Positions 14,660 through 29,544 of a DNA stretch of 64,000 bases are shown piece after piece (position 1 is the stretch's first letter; every line of letters begins with the position of its first letter). A program made the translations under genes and the position numbers. This stretch comes from Eledone cirrhosa. Taxonomy: Eukaryota. The stretch lies in contig OZ024741.1 in the NCBI GenBank assembly GCA_964016885.1, forward strand, positions 113,398,001-113,462,000, written 5' to 3'. The notes under the pieces were generated by a model. The model did not search any database. It saw only the letters and a program-made list of their open reading frames with translations, and was not told the origin of the DNA.

Positions 14660-16271
14660 TTGTATATACACTCTCTCACTATTGTAATTACCAAGTCAAA
14701 TTCCTTCCATCAGCCTTGTTAATTCTTAACTTCCATCTTTTTTTTCTTTCTTAGAACACTTTTTTTTCTTTTGAATGAAAGACTCTCTTTTTCTTTCTTG
14801 TAAAACTCCTCTATTATTATTATTATTATCATTTATTTATTTATTTATTTATTTCACACACACACTTTCACATATATATATATAAAACACATTTTTTCAC
14901 ATTTCCTTTTCTTTCATATCATTCATGTTCTCAAACAGCTTCTCATTTTTTAGCTTGAATGTTATTAGATTTCCTATAACAATACTATCTGTAGAGAATA
15001 AAACTAAATGAAAATGATAAAAACGTCAAACAAAAACACAACAAGCAGTAACTATTCAAACTGAGTTTATAGTACCTTGGGTTTTGTACTAGTTACTAGC
15101 TTTGAGAAATAGACTGAGCCTTAACGCTGAATTTGGCTTTGACTATCAATTCTAGTTTATAAAAAGTAGTAGTTACTAATTCAGCCACAAGATTAGCAAT
15201 TTAATTAAACCAAATCTAATACTTGACTGGTGGTTTGTTTCATCAACCCCTCCTCCTCGAAAGGATGAAGCCTGAGTTGGTTACCCTTGCAGAATTTGAA
15301 CTAAGAACATAAAGAGCCAGAACAACTCCCCACAGCCCAGACATTTTCTTTATCTTCTAAACACAGTACTGACGAGAGACGAAATCATGAAAGTGAAATA
15401 TCTGCTATTATTATTAAGGAAAGATATTAATTACTTTGAAAAAATATGTTGATTAAATTCTTTATCCATGTGTTTTGGTTCAACATTTCATCCCTGCTGT
15501 TGCTGTTACTACTACTACTACTGACAACCCTCTCATCTCCATCATCTATGTCACGTTTCTTCATCCAAACTTTCACCTTCTTCTTATCTATAAGAATGGA
15601 ATGCCAAGACTATTGACATATCAACAATGGGAAGGGTGTTGAGCAAAGAAGGAAGGAACAGTCCAAGGAAAAATATATATATATTAAAGAATTTGTGATT
15701 ATCTCCTTCTGTCAAAAAAAAAAAAAAAAAAGAAATGTAAATAAGTATACATGTATATCAATGTTGCTGCTATGGAGGATACATCTTTCTCTTCCTCTCA
15801 CTTTCTCACTCAAACTTTCTATTTCTCACTCTTCTCTCTCTTTCTCACTCTCTCTTTCTGCAAATTTTCAGTCAAGCGTTCAGACCTTTTCTTTCTACCT
15901 TGAATAATATATATATATGTATATAGATAAATAGATAGGTAGATAGATAACATCATCATTTATTGTCCGCTATCCCTGCCAGCAAGGGCTGGATAGGTCT
16001 TCTCAAACCAAGACAGTTCTGAACCCCAGATAGGATGTGGCTCTGCAACTCATTTACATATCTACCAAGTTCTACCAAGTGCAATTTTATCATGGTACCT
16101 GCACTAGAGAGGTTGTCATGTCTTTGGCACAACTGGAAGGTCCTCCATATTCATTGCTTGGCAAGCTTTCTATGGCTTGGTGCTTTTCCTATTGCCAACC
16201 ACTTTACAACATATACTGAGTGCAGTTATCATGTAGATCACCAACACCACGTGATGTTGTCATGTTTAGAC

Positions 16272-16572
16272 CAGTCATGGGCAACCTACAGCCTGTGGGC
16301 CACATGTGGGCCACAAAGCTTTCAGAATGGCTCACCTAAATGAAATCTTTCTGATTTTTTTACCCTAAATTTTCAGTCGTAATTTATCTTTCTATCATTT
16401 TTGCGATCGAGGAAAACAACATGTACGAATTTTGAAGAAACAAATCAAAACAACCTGAGTTACTGCCATTTTTTAAAAATGTGGACACGAGTGTAAATTA
16501 GCGCTTGTGATCCACCTGATGATGAGCCATATCCCATGCAGCCCAATTCTCGAAAAAGGTTGCCCATGCCTG
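16272..16572. mobile_element. hAT-type MITE
   Basis: TIRs CAGTCATGGGCAACC / GGTTGCCCATGCCTG; 8-bp TSD GTTTAGAC / TTTTACAC (6 of 8 match). Confidence 0.8.
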
Positions 16573-17744
16573 TTTTACACACAACTGAAAGGTCCTCCCA
16601 ACCCTTTGATTTGCAGGAATGCTAGAGCTGGATGCACTTCCTGTTGCCAACCATCTTACAGGTTGTACCAAGTGCATTTCATGGCACCAATACTAGAGAA
16701 ATTGTTGGGACCATGGCTAATAATTTCTCTGAAAAGTCACCTATGCTCTGTGGGTGTTAGGCATGACAAGAGGAGAAGGGAGATTATTATGAGGTTATGG
16801 ATGTATAGCAAATGTGGTGTAATTTGATAGGGTGATGAGTGAGGAAGGATGACTTTTGATAGCACAAGAGGAGTGGGAATGTAATCATGGTGAGAATACT
16901 TAAGCAGAGATACTGGATGGTGTGGTCAGTAGCACAGGGAAAGGGGTGGTGTAGTAATGGAAAAAGTACCCAAGGAGTGATATAGGAGAGGAAATGGATG
17001 GGATGCACAGGGTTAGATAGAGTAATAACAAGGGTGCAATAATGAGAGTATCTAAGGACTTTTAAGGGAGTTGTAGATAAGAAGTGATACTAGATGATGT
17101 ATGGATGGAGTGGTGAATGGTGTGTTTAGTGATAGTGAAGATAATTAATAGGAAGTGCTAAAAGTAGAGGGGACATGAGAATAAGACAAGTAACATTGTC
17201 TTCATTACACAGCATTGTCTACCCTCGCTGTTCCTTGTCATCTCTGTCATATGGTTTAATTTCTTAAAGTCATTCTTCACTGTAGTGTCCCAAGTCTTCC
17301 TGGGCCTGCCTCATCCACGGGTTACATTATATATATATATATCTTTTTATACATTTGAGGAACAAATTTGTAGCGGGGGTGGTGTTTGTGTCATTCCAAT
17401 CAACAAATCATGGTGTAATTAGGAAAAAAGCACTCAACAACCTATGTATATTTCCAATTCTAATGATGCATTGCATAAGCATTACAAGGATCTGAAGGCA
17501 GCATGTCAGTAATTGTGTTATAGCATCATGATGTAACAATGGCACCACAGAAAGGTGTATTATGGTTATTTAAGTAATAAAAGGAATTATGGAAATCTAG
17601 GCTTCATATTTTATAATTACTGTATATATATATATATAAATGTGTATATATTATGTATATATATTATATATCATATATATATATATATATATCATATATA
17701 TATATATATATATATATATGTGTATACATTATGTATTATATATA

Positions 17745-18565
17745 TCATCATCATTTTACGTCTGCTCTTCCCTGCTCGCAAGGGTGGGACGGGTCTTATT
17801 CAGCACAGCATCTCTCCACTCGTCACGGTCCTTCGTCATCTCCACCGTGAGCTTCAACAATCTGAGGTCTGTTCTCACCACCTCCCCCATGTTTTTCATT
17901 GTCTACCTCTACCATGTCTTCCTTCAACTGGCATTTCCTGGCACTTCTTCACCCATCGGTCATCCTCCATGCGCATCACATGTCCATACCACCTCAGTCT
18001 CCTCTCTCGCACACTACATTCTATCCCTCTCAGACACAGCTTCTCTCTCAACACATTCATGCTGGGTCGTTCACGCACATTGACACTGCACATCCAACGG
18101 AGCATGCTTGCCTCATTTCTCTCCAGCCGTCGCATATCCTCTGCAGTTGCTGCCCATGTCTCACTACCATGCAGCATCGCGCTCCTCACACAGGCATCAT
18201 ACAACCGGCCTTTTGTACGCAGGGAGAAACCCTTCTTCGTCAGCAGATGAAGCAGCTCCCTAAACTTCTTCCAATCCGTCCTTATTCTAGATACTATAGC
18301 CTTGGAACACCCCCCTCCCATGCTAATCTGATCTCCTAGGTACCGGAAGCTATCCACCACTTCTATAGCACCCTCCTGCATTTGAAAAATGTGTCTATCA
18401 ATGCAACTTCTACTGTCTAATTCCCCTGTACATCTACTGTATACATATTTCTCCCTACCTGTTAGTTTGCCTGCTATCCCGCTACATATCTTGTGTACCC
18501 AGGATCTGCATTATATGCATTTTATAGAATTTATGCCAGTTCCTTTTCTGCATATCGAACATCAT
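17745..18565 (-). mobile_element. RTE LINE 3' fragment, second subfamily with short 3' UTR
   Basis: ORF 17896-18381 (FRYLGD, MLHGSETW, RRLRWYGHV); ends ...GACGTAAAATGATGA. Confidence 0.9.
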
Positions 18566-18998
18566 ATATAATAATACATCATATATAATAATAATCTACT
18601 CATCATATATAATATATATATATATATATATAATATTTCTTATACTAAATGACATCTATGAGATCCATTCAGAAAGTCTTTATATGGTCATTTGGGCTAT
18701 TTGTGTATATGGCTCTGTATAAAGAACAGCCACTTAGTTTATCTTTGAAAGCTATATAACCTATCCACACATGTGTACAAATATGTGTCTATACATATAT
18801 ATGAATATGTATGTATATATATGTGTGTGTTAGTGTGCATACTAGAGAGGACTAGAGAGCTATGATGGCTTAATGAAGACTAAGTGGTTTCCATTCAAAA
18901 TTTTGCCTGGTGACAAAGCTTAGGCCATTATTTACTTAACTCATTTGATAGCACACAGATTTCTCTCTCACATCCTTCATGCCCATATACACGTCACG

Positions 18999-19029
<31 letters not shown>

Positions 19030-21249
19030 GCAAACACACACATTCACACACAGCTACTAATGTTTTTATATACTACACACCACACATGCACACATTCATG
19101 CACAACTACTGATGCTTTTATGCACACACAGACATACACATACATATACACCCTACCAACCACACTCACCCTACACATAACACAAATACACACACACAGA
19201 CACACACACATACATACACACATACAAACGTACAAGCATACATTCAAGCATACATACGCACACATAAAGACCATAAAGATATAGTTACTGATAGGTAGGT
19301 AACTGCATTAAAGCAATATGGTATTTCTTTCTATTTATTACTTGAGTTGCTGGTACTATCTCTCAGCATTCTATTTCAGTAGCTTAACCTATAAATACAT
19401 AATTGAATACTATGTTAATGCTAACACACAATAATACTATCAACACCAATACCATCACCAACCCCCTATCACCACTAAAATTATCATAGTCACCACCGCC
19501 ACCACTATCATCATCATCATCATGCTAAATTGTCTACAGTTATAATAATGAAATTATTGTGTAAAGTGCCCAGGTGCACTACAACTATACTGACATCATA
19601 ACCATTGTCATTTTCCTACTATTATCATTGTCATCACCAGTCACTTTCATTATCATCACTATCATCACTATCATCCATATCATCATCATCATCATACACG
19701 CTGCTACATTCTCTGTAGTTATAGCCATCATCACCAACAATTTTATAATCACCATCACCACTACCCTCATCCTCATCATAAGCATAATGAACATGTCCCT
19801 CATCATCACAGCCACTGCACCACCGCCCCCACCACCACCACCACCATGCATGCTGCTACTATATATAACTTTTATAGCCTATTGATAATGACTGGATCAA
19901 TTTTGTATTTTTAACTTATTAAAATATAATGGGAACAGCAACTGAAATTAGTACTATTTTAGCATATATTCTAATACTTCTACACACATGCACAGTTACA
20001 CACACACACACACACACAGTCACACTTTTGTCGTGACACCTACTCAACCACTTTACAGTGTGGGCCGGGCACGTTTTGTCATGTCGCCATCACGTCTACT
20101 TTACAGTGTGGGCTGGAGGTTTCACTATATGTATATATATATATATATATATATTGATATATATAATGATAAACTTAGGAAAATCAAAAAAGGGAGCACA
20201 AGACAACAAATGAAAATAAGGCAAAACGAAAAACAATTCTTTAAGAGGAAAACTTTAAAAAAAAAAAATAAATAAAAATACAAGAAACAGAACTACATGG
20301 CCATCAGCCATTGAGATGGACTTTTGTACTACTGGTCCAACCAGGGTAACCACATCTGACACAAGCCAAACGCTGTCCAGTGGAGGAAGAGACCAGAGAC
20401 AAAACATTAATTTATAGCAATTAAGCTATACCAAGTACATACACACTCACATACGTATGTATGTGAGTGTAAGAAAAAGAAGTTGAAAATACAGTTGGAG
20501 TTTTTAAGAAGGTTTATTTATAATTGTTTCTACTATAGGCACAAGGCCAGCAATTACCCAGTGCATTACTGGTACTTTATTTTATCGACCCCCGTAAGGA
20601 TGAAAGGCAAAGTCAACCTCGGCGGGATTTGAAGTCAGATCGTAAAGGGACGTAACTGTGCTGCAAAGCATGGCGTCCGACCCTTTACCGATACTGCCAA
20701 TCCACAAGAAGGTTTATTTATAATAATTCATAACTTTATCCCAAGTTTCATGATTTTCAAAAGTTTAGGAAAAATGAAACGAGAGAAGATAAATTGTGAA
20801 GAAATATAAATATTAATGTGTTGATAGTGTACAGTTACAAAGGTGGTTAATTATAATCCTAGTGTCAAAGATAGTAAACTAGTGAATGATTAATGGCAAT
20901 CAAACTATTTTATGCATATATCATTTGTATTGTAGACGAAAATATGGTGTGGTGTACCCTCGACTGGCATCACAGTCCGCCTCATCCCTGCAAGGCCCCC
21001 CCCCCCCAAAAAAAAATGTTACTAGTAACCGAATATATTCAAATAATGAAGGGAAGGCAAAATTAATTAATTAATTAATTAATTCGAAGCTCAAAGTATA
21101 AAACCAAATTTATTCGACCTGTATGTTGCTCAAAGGATCACAGGTGGTTAGTTGATGGCTTAATGCAAACCAGACAATGCTAACAATACTAACGAAAATG
21201 ATATGATGATAGATAACACATTACATATTCTTCTTTTTCTCCATAGCGC

Positions 21250-21935
21250 AGTATAAATAGGGGAAGACTCAAGAACAGAAGAGGACTTACAAAGATTGGA
21301 AATAAATAAAGCTTGCATACTTTGATGGATGTGTAATAGTAAAATATATGACTGGCAAAGTATAAATGAACTAAGAGAGAAACTGGACATAAGATGGATT
21401 AGATGCAGTGTGCAGGAGAGGATATTGTGTTGGTATGGACATGTGATGTGTATGAAGGATGGCATCTGTATAAAAATGTTCAGAGTACTCAAAGTTGATG
21501 AAAGCTATGGAGTATGAAGAACTAGGAAGACTTAGAATGAGGTAATAAAAGCAGGACCAACATCTCTGGCATTATGCAGTAATACAGAAGACCTGCCTTC
21601 CCCTGTGCATGGGTTGAGGCATACATCTATTATTGCACCTTCATCTCCCACATCCTAACACCCCACCCACATCCCTAGATTTACCTCCCAAATCCACATG
21701 GATTTCCCCATCCAAGTCCCAAGCCCACACTGTAAAGTGGTTATGTAGGTGTCACAACAAAAGCACCTAGTTCTCACTATAAATGTGGTTGGCATTAGGA
21801 AGGGCATCCAGCCATAGAAATGAAGCTAGAATCAGTTCTGTATGAACAAGACACAGTTACTTGATCTGACTTCTCTCACAATACATCTAACCCATGCTAG
21901 CATAAAAAATGGACATTGAAAAGTGGTGATGATGA
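21250..21935 (+). mobile_element. Degenerate RTE 3' fragment
   Basis: ORF 21329-21517 (WYGHV) and 3' UTR motif. Confidence 0.8.
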
Positions 21936-22351
21936 TATAAAGAATGGTGTGCTCATGCACAGATATGCTATAGAATTGCTTATAAAATAGGGTAAAGACC
22001 TTTAAATATATATAGGCATATATATATGCATTTGCATATGCACACACACATCATATATAATATAGATTGTGAATATGCTCACATGCATATGTTCGATAAA
22101 TACATATTTGTGACACTTCCCATAGGAATGATGTGTAACGGACACCTTGTATCTTTGTACAGTGTTAAATGCTTTTAAGGGAAGTATTCGTCCTGCTGAA
22201 GTATATCTCACTCTCTATTGCTACGTGTCATGTGCGTGTGTGTGTGTGTATATATACACACACACACACACACACACATATATCATCATCATCATCGTTT
22301 TAATGTCCACTTTCCCTGCTGGCAATGATATATATATATATATGTGTGTGT

Positions 22352-22445
<94 letters not shown>

Positions 22446-22486
22446 ATGTATGTATATATATATGTATGTATGTATATATATATGTG

Positions 22487-22529
<43 letters not shown>

Positions 22530-22585
22530 GTATGTTTATGCATGAGTGTACCACCTTGCACTGCACTGTTTATGATTATATATAT

Positions 22586-22930
22586 GGAGGCACATGGCTT
22601 AGTGGTTAGAGCATTGGCCTTGCAATCGAATGGTTGTGAGTTCAATTCTCAGACCGGGTGATGTGTTGTTTCCTTGAGCAAGACACTTTATTTCACATTG
22701 CTCCAGTATAATCAGCTTTAGAAATGAGATGATAGGGACTGGGTCCATATCATCCCACTGCAAAAGTGGTCACGGAGGTGCCACGGCAAAAGAGCACCCA
22801 GCACTCACTGTAAATGAGGTTGGTGTTAGGAAGGGCATCCAGCTGTAGAAATCAAGCCAAAATCAGTTCCCGTCCCACCCTTGCAAGCAGGGAAAAAGCG
22901 GACGTAAAATGAAATGATGATGATGATGAT
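22586..22930 (+). mobile_element. tRNA-derived SINE family A (tRNA head, CORE-like body, RTE-type tail)
   Basis: A box TGGCTTAGTGG, B box GAGTTCAATTC, TCCTTGAGCAAGACACTT body, (GAT)n tail; other copies at 29135-29447, 54656-55041, 2288-2520. Confidence 0.9.
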
Positions 22931-23182
22931 ATGGGATTTTCTGTATATTTACTTCTGTGTCATTGCGTATGATGCGATACAAGTTAAATAATTCTGTTGG
23001 TTTATATATGAATATATGCTGTATTTACTTTAGTGCTACAATCTGTGATTTTATATGAGTTTGTGTCTATTTGCTTGTGTCCATTTTAATGTGATTATAT
23101 GTGAATGTATGTGTGCATTCTCATCTGCCTGCAAACAGGGGTTATGAATATGTGTATATTAACATTTGTGTCTCTGTGAATA

Positions 23183-23234
<52 letters not shown>

Positions 23235-23294
23235 CACACATATTCACATATATATATATATTCACACACATATTCACATATATATATACGTGTG

Positions 23295-23364
<70 letters not shown>

Positions 23365-26300
23365 CTGTGTGAGTGTGTGCATGTATTTGTTTGTGTCTGT
23401 ATGATTATATCTGAATTTATGTGTGTGCTGTTATATACTGCTCTGCATGCTTAATATAGTTACTTGTATATAGTATCATTGTTGTCTCTCTGTGTGATTA
23501 TGAGATTGTGTATGCATGTGCCTCAGCATATATTTTTATTTCATTTAATGTGAACAGATGTATGGGCATACTCTGTCAGAAGTGGTTGTGGTTGTGATGG
23601 AAATGGATTCAGTAATGGTGATTGTAGTGATAGTGGTGTAATGCTGGTAATGGCTGTGTCATTAATTATGCTTTAATGGTAGAAGTGGTGATGGTGTCAG
23701 TGATAGCAATGATGATTGTTGTTGTATCAGGGATGGTAATGCTAATGGTGGCACCAAGCCAGCATGGTAGTAGGAATGGTGTTGTAAAAAAATGGTGTAG
23801 AAATAACTGGGAGGAGGGAAAAGTGAAAAGTAAATTGCAAAGGTGATGGAAGTTATTGATTATTTCCGAAAGTATCCTGGTAATTATCTAAAACATTAGA
23901 CTTCTTCCTTTTATATGACTTTCATTTAACAGGAATCAGTCAATTTTGTGCACCATTATTCTCAACACCTCAACATTTTGATCTCAAAACATCATGCATT
24001 TGTCATCAGGTAATTTTTCAAGAATAGAAGTTTTATAAATAGAATCACAGTTCAAACACATGTTTGTACATGGAACAAAATAAATTGATCTCTGTCAATT
24101 TTGATGATGAGTATTCCAGTTGTTTGATCAACTAAATTGCATACTTATTGAATTATAGCATAAGTTGCTGAGTATTTCAAAGAGAGCTGTACCATTAATC
24201 CTTTTGGTAACAAATCACCTAAAACTACCCCTCATTCTACAATAATTATTGAAAACTATAGGTGGTAAAAGCATCACACATGTTACCAAATCATCGATTG
24301 TGGTTGATGGCTGTGGTAAATGGGAATTCTAGATGAACATTAAAAAAAATAAAATATCCAAAATAGAAATAATCTTTTTTTTAATGGAAAATGGAAAATT
24401 AAATGCAAATTAAAATTATATTATGTGAAAATTATTTTTTGTTAAAATGTATTGTCTAAAGTGTCAACAGCATGTTGCATAAAATGTATATTGTGTGTAA
24501 AATATATTAAAATTATTCTCAATGAATAGAATATTGTGTAAAAAATATATTGTATGAACATTATATTAATTGAACAGCATATTGTGTGAAAATATATTGT
24601 AATATTTTAATAGTGAATTAAAAACATTTGTAGGGAATGTTTTTAAAATATTAAAAATTTTAAATTAACGTTTATTATGTGAAAAATTTTATGAGAAAAA
24701 ATGCTAAAAGGAGTCATTAGAAAGATCTAACTGATCATTTTTATCAACAAAATCATATAAGGAATGGATATAACTTTATATTGCTCAACTAAGTTGGTTG
24801 ACACCTTTCATTTGCAATATATTAAGCATATTCTAGAGTGGTGGATTGGCTGAAGTGGTAGACTATCAGATAAAAAGCCATAGCAGTATTTGGTTTGGCT
24901 TTTGACATTCTGAGTTCAAATCCTGCTGAGGTCATCTTTGCTTTTCATGTTCTAGGGTCTATAAAATAAAGTACCAGACAAGTACTGGGTCTGACATAAT
25001 CAACTTTGACCTTCCCTAAATTTTCTGGACTTTTCCTAAATTAGAAATCTATATATTAAGCATACTCTAATATTAAAAAAAATTTACTTTTTTGTATTTT
25101 AATTTGGGGAGGTGGAAAAAAACCCAAACATTTTTTTTACTGACCCTCTTAAATTGGTTGCTATATTAACGTTTTGATTATTAAACCACCCAAAACTACT
25201 CTTAGCTCTACGATACAGAACTCTTTTTTTTTGTTGTTTTTAAGTATTTATATTGATCTAAAATCATTTCTGAATAGTTTTACTCAAGAACCTTAAGTCA
25301 TGTTTCAAACATCAGATAAATAATGAGAAAGTTATTTATATTACTAAATAGCTCTAAAGACCAAAGATGCTTCGTCCTCAAGGAATCATCCTAATTTTGA
25401 CAACCAACAATTTGAAAATAATAATAAACAACCTTCGGCCTCCAGGATGCATGGTAGATTTCTGAGACTTATTTTAGGAAAAAAGTAGTGTCTTCGACGT
25501 TGGGAAATATGGTACCTAAAAACAATTAGTAGGAGTTTTCATTAGAAATATAGTAATGAAAGCATTAACAGGAATATGTCTTACAAAATCCTTTTTATTG
25601 AGAAGAATTAAATAAATACTTTCTGAATAGATTGTAGAGATTCTTTTGCAAAGGACCAGAAATCTTAATGGAGAATTTGGGAGGTAAGACCTCCTACAAT
25701 TCATGCAATATATGAAGGCTTTATTCTGATGGGAAAAATAGACTCATCTATAAACTCCAGCTATAATTTTATGGATCTTCTTTACTCACTTTCTTTCTAT
25801 TGCTACTATAATATTTCTGCTCTTCAAAACTAGATTATACATCAACTACTGAGGTACAAGCTGAATAAGTTTTCATAGGGGGAAGTGTGACTTGCAGTGA
25901 CTATGGTTTTGATTTCCCTCTTTGGCAGAAATAATAAACAATTTGAAGCCTTTTGATACCAAATTTCTTGAAACTGCCCATGGTTCTATGATACAAAGCT
26001 GTTTCAAATGATACAAAGCTGTTTCAAATTGTTTATATGTAAATTTAAATTCATAATTTTATGTAAGAACCTTTATTATGTTCCAGGTACTACATCAATA
26101 ATGAGAAAATTACTAAACCCCTCAAAATTCTTGACTACTTTAAAAATGCTTATAGGCAGTGTGATTATTTAGAAATGGGGTCATAAAAGGGTTAAAGAAT
26201 ATTCATTTTGTTATTAAATATCAAGTCATACATGATAAAACAGACTTATGACTCACCAAAGGCATTCTAAAATGTGATCACTAACATTTCTTTTTATTAC

Positions 26301-27167
26301 TATAATGTGGTCTAGGTTACATTATCTGATACATAATTTTTTAAAGATGATAGAATATTTTTAGTGAAATATCACTGCTATTACTAGCAGATAAAGCAAT
26401 TACGTAGACACAACTTTATAGTCGTGATATTTGATTGTCTCCATAGTAGACTTTAGTAAGATATGAACATGTGATGTAAATAAACCTAGATACAAAAGAA
26501 TATAGAGTGTAGGATTCAGTTGTATTTTTACTGGCCCCATAATACAAAGTTTTTATTTTGTTTCTACTGTATTCCCTTTAAAATAGGTGCACCATATCCT
26601 GCTGGATACTGTGTATCTATTTCTTTCGAGATGGCTAAAAGGGTTAGTACCAGGAAGGCCATCAGGCTGTGAAACATTGCTTCAAAAAGGACCCCATGAT
26701 TAGTATGAAATCTATTATAAGGTCCGGAAATCTAGCACTTGTTTTAGAAGGGAAAATGACTGTGATTGTTATTATTGTTGCCATGTACCTAAGCTATAGT
26801 TATTTAGTTCAAATGGTCATGAAATTTACAGACTTCTTAAATATTTGATAATGTTGTTTGTATACAAATATTTTTTGTAATGTGATTAAAAAAAAACAAG
26901 AGATTTTATGAACCATCTCATGAAAAAAAATATATATGTATATATACTAATACTACAATATCATTGTCTGAGATCTTAAAGATTACTTTCTTTTTTTTTT
27001 TGTTTTGCAATATTGACACTCTATTGACAATGTTCATATCATTTTCCTCTGGCAGAACAAAACTTTGGTTAATTGAAAATTATTAAAAAAGTTTCACCAA
27101 ACAGTATAGTCCAGCAACAATTTTTTCTTTCAATTCTTATCTCAATTCTTATCTCAATTCTTATCTC

Positions 27168-27366
27168 TGTAGAGAGAGATATATAGGTAGAGAGGGGACA
27201 GATAAAGTATATGTGGTGAGTGAACTTTTGGTTTTGTAGTAGTAATCTAGGAATTGTACATAAATGGTAACTCAGTACAATTCCTAGATTACTACTACAA
27301 AACCAAAAGTTCACTCACCACATATACTTTATCTGTCCCCTCTCTACCTATATATCTCTCTCTACA
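27168..27366. repeat. Palindrome, 92-bp arms, 15-nt spacer
   Basis: Direct reading. Confidence 0.95.
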
Positions 27367-27665
27367 TCCATTACACTCTCTCTCTCTCACCTTTGACCTA
27401 CCTCCCTCTCAACATCTATGAACCTGCCCTCTGGGGCAATAAATAATTCCGACCTCAACTATCTAAGCATCTCTCCAAAAGTAACTAATAAAACCCCTAC
27501 CATAACATTTTGATTAAGATATCTACAAGCCATTCTCTCCTACTTCTCCAACCCCTGCATATCTTTCCTTCTCTCTCCTTCTTCTCTACTTTTCTCTCTT
27601 CCTGTTCCACTCTATCTTCCCCAACAACCCCACTTAAGGGTTTTTACATTGTACATTTACCATTC

Positions 27666-27777
27666 TGCTCTGAGGAAACAGTGGTCACAGCATTGGATAT
27701 TCGAGTTCAGCAAATACTTGTGAATTTGCACGTAGCGGAACTAGGCTGCAGTACCACTGTGGAAACACTTGTAAGCA
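27666..27777 (+). ncRNA. Type-I HHR with long helix II insert
   Basis: tgct CTGAGGA aacagtggt...accactgtg GAAA cacttg TA agca. Confidence 0.75.
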
Positions 27778-27824
27778 CACGGAATAAATTACCTTTTTAT
27801 GATGTCTACCTGTTATTATTCATT

Positions 27825-27913
<89 letters not shown>

Positions 27914-28169
27914 TATATGGTAGATATGGATGCAATTCAATTCAAGCACTCAACATCATGTTACTTCTTCAAAATAAGGATGACAGAGTATAATGAGGAA
28001 ATTGCAAAGTTGTAGATGTTAGGCCATGATACATATTTCAATGATGATCAGTATAGTGATTTCATCAGAGAGTAAAATTGAGTAAAAGTTTAAGTTTCTG
28101 AGGCAATTATATGTGCAAGGGAGCAGACTAAAAACATACAAGACTCTTTAACATCTACTTCACATTTTC

Positions 28170-28265
<96 letters not shown>

Positions 28266-28350
28266 AAAGTTATATTTAAATTGTTGGGTTAACAACGAGT
28301 AAATATTTATAACTGATATAAAAGCACTCAACAAGTATTTGGAGTATATT

Positions 28351-28700
28351 TATGATATTAAATAAATGGAAACTATATTTATAAAACCATATTTATTTCA
28401 TTATATATATTTCAGGGATATCATATTAACAATATGTTATGCCTTCATCAGACAAAATACAATATAAACAGTCTTATAAATAAATAGATATGACATACCT
28501 TTCAATCGACTTGCATTCCACTGCCAAATCAACTTCCCAAATGCAAGTCGATTGAAAGGTATGTCATATCTATTTATTTATAAGACTGTTTATATTGTAT
28601 TTTGTCTGATGAAGGCATAACATATTGTTAATATGATATCCCTGAAATATATATAATGAAATAAATATGGTTTTATAAATATAGTTTCCATTTATTTAAT

Positions 28701-28706
<6 letters not shown>
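28351..28706. repeat. Palindrome, 167-bp arms, 22-nt spacer
   Basis: Direct reading. Confidence 0.95.
28600..28661 (+). ncRNA. Type-I HHR; mirror copy at 28396-28457(-)
   Basis: ttttgt CTGATGA aggcataacatattgttaatatgatatccct GAAA tatata TA atgaaa. Confidence 0.7.
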
Positions 28707-28744
<38 letters not shown>

Positions 28745-29134
28745 ATTCAGTGAATTACTGGTGGTGGTATGAGTACTCAATGCACAGGCAGAGTGTATAT
28801 ATTAAGAAAAACGTTGAAGTTTCATTTACATGTATTTAGGTTTTTATTGTGTATTGAACTGTCATATGCATTTCCCAGAGGATTGACTCCTGGTCACCTA
28901 TAGAGATTATGGACCCAACTCCAGTATCGATCTGCTCTTCACACTGGTGATTTAGTATATTTTTTCTTGAATCACCAGTCTGGAGAGTATATTGACACTT
29001 GAGTCAGGTTCATAACCCCTGTGAAACACACATAGCAAGTCAATACATAATAGCCTAAATATATGTAAACAACATTTTTTTCATTTTTCTTATATATATA
29101 TATATTTTCTTATATATATATATATATTATCAAT

Positions 29135-29447
29135 GGAGGCATATGGCTTAGTGGTTAGAGCATTGGCCTTGCAACCGAAAGTTGTGAGTTCAATTCTCAG
29201 ACCGGGTGATGTGTTGTTTCCTTGAGCAAGACACTTTATTTCACATTGCTCCAGTTTACTCAGCTGTAGAAATGAGATGCGGTCCCTATCATTCCACTGC
29301 AAAGTGGTCGTGGAGGTGCCATGGCAAAAAAAGCACCCAGTACTCACTGTAAGTGAGGTTGGTGTTAGGAAGGGCATCCAGCTGTAGGAATCAAGCCAGA
29401 ATCAGTTTCCGTCCCACCCTTGTAAGCAGGGAAAAGCGAACGTAAAA
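29135..29447 (+). mobile_element. SINE family A copy
   Basis: Close match to 22586-22930; lacks the (GAT)n tail. Confidence 0.9.
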
Positions 29448-29458
29448 GAAGGAGATCT

Positions 29459-29531
29459 GGTTCCATGGTGTAGTGGTTATCACATCTGCTTAACACGCAG
29501 AAGGGCGTGAGTTCGAAAATCGCTGGAACCT
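29459..29531 (+). pseudogene. tRNA-Val(AAC)-like sequence, probably a retro-pseudogene
   Basis: GGTTCCA/TGGAACC acceptor stem, D arm, TCTGC-TTAACAC-GCAGA anticodon arm; G53-C61 pair broken, discriminator T, no T4 terminator, followed by (TTA)n. Confidence 0.7.
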
Positions 29532-29544
29532 TCATTTATTATTA

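Noticed and set aside
15369-15395. CTGACGAgagacGAAAtcatga
   Set aside because: No UH site and no helix I
16516-16562. CTGATGA...GAAA inside the hAT MITE
   Set aside because: No helix I or III; overlaps the TIR
25430-25514. Pogo/Tigger-like terminal sequence (...GGAAATATGGTA)
   Set aside because: Only one end is visible and it cannot be confirmed without a database search
28025-28072. CTGATGA..GAAAtatgtaTC on the - strand; similar decayed motif at 39565-39600
   Set aside because: Helix I is absent or the core is doubly mutated; too degenerate to call
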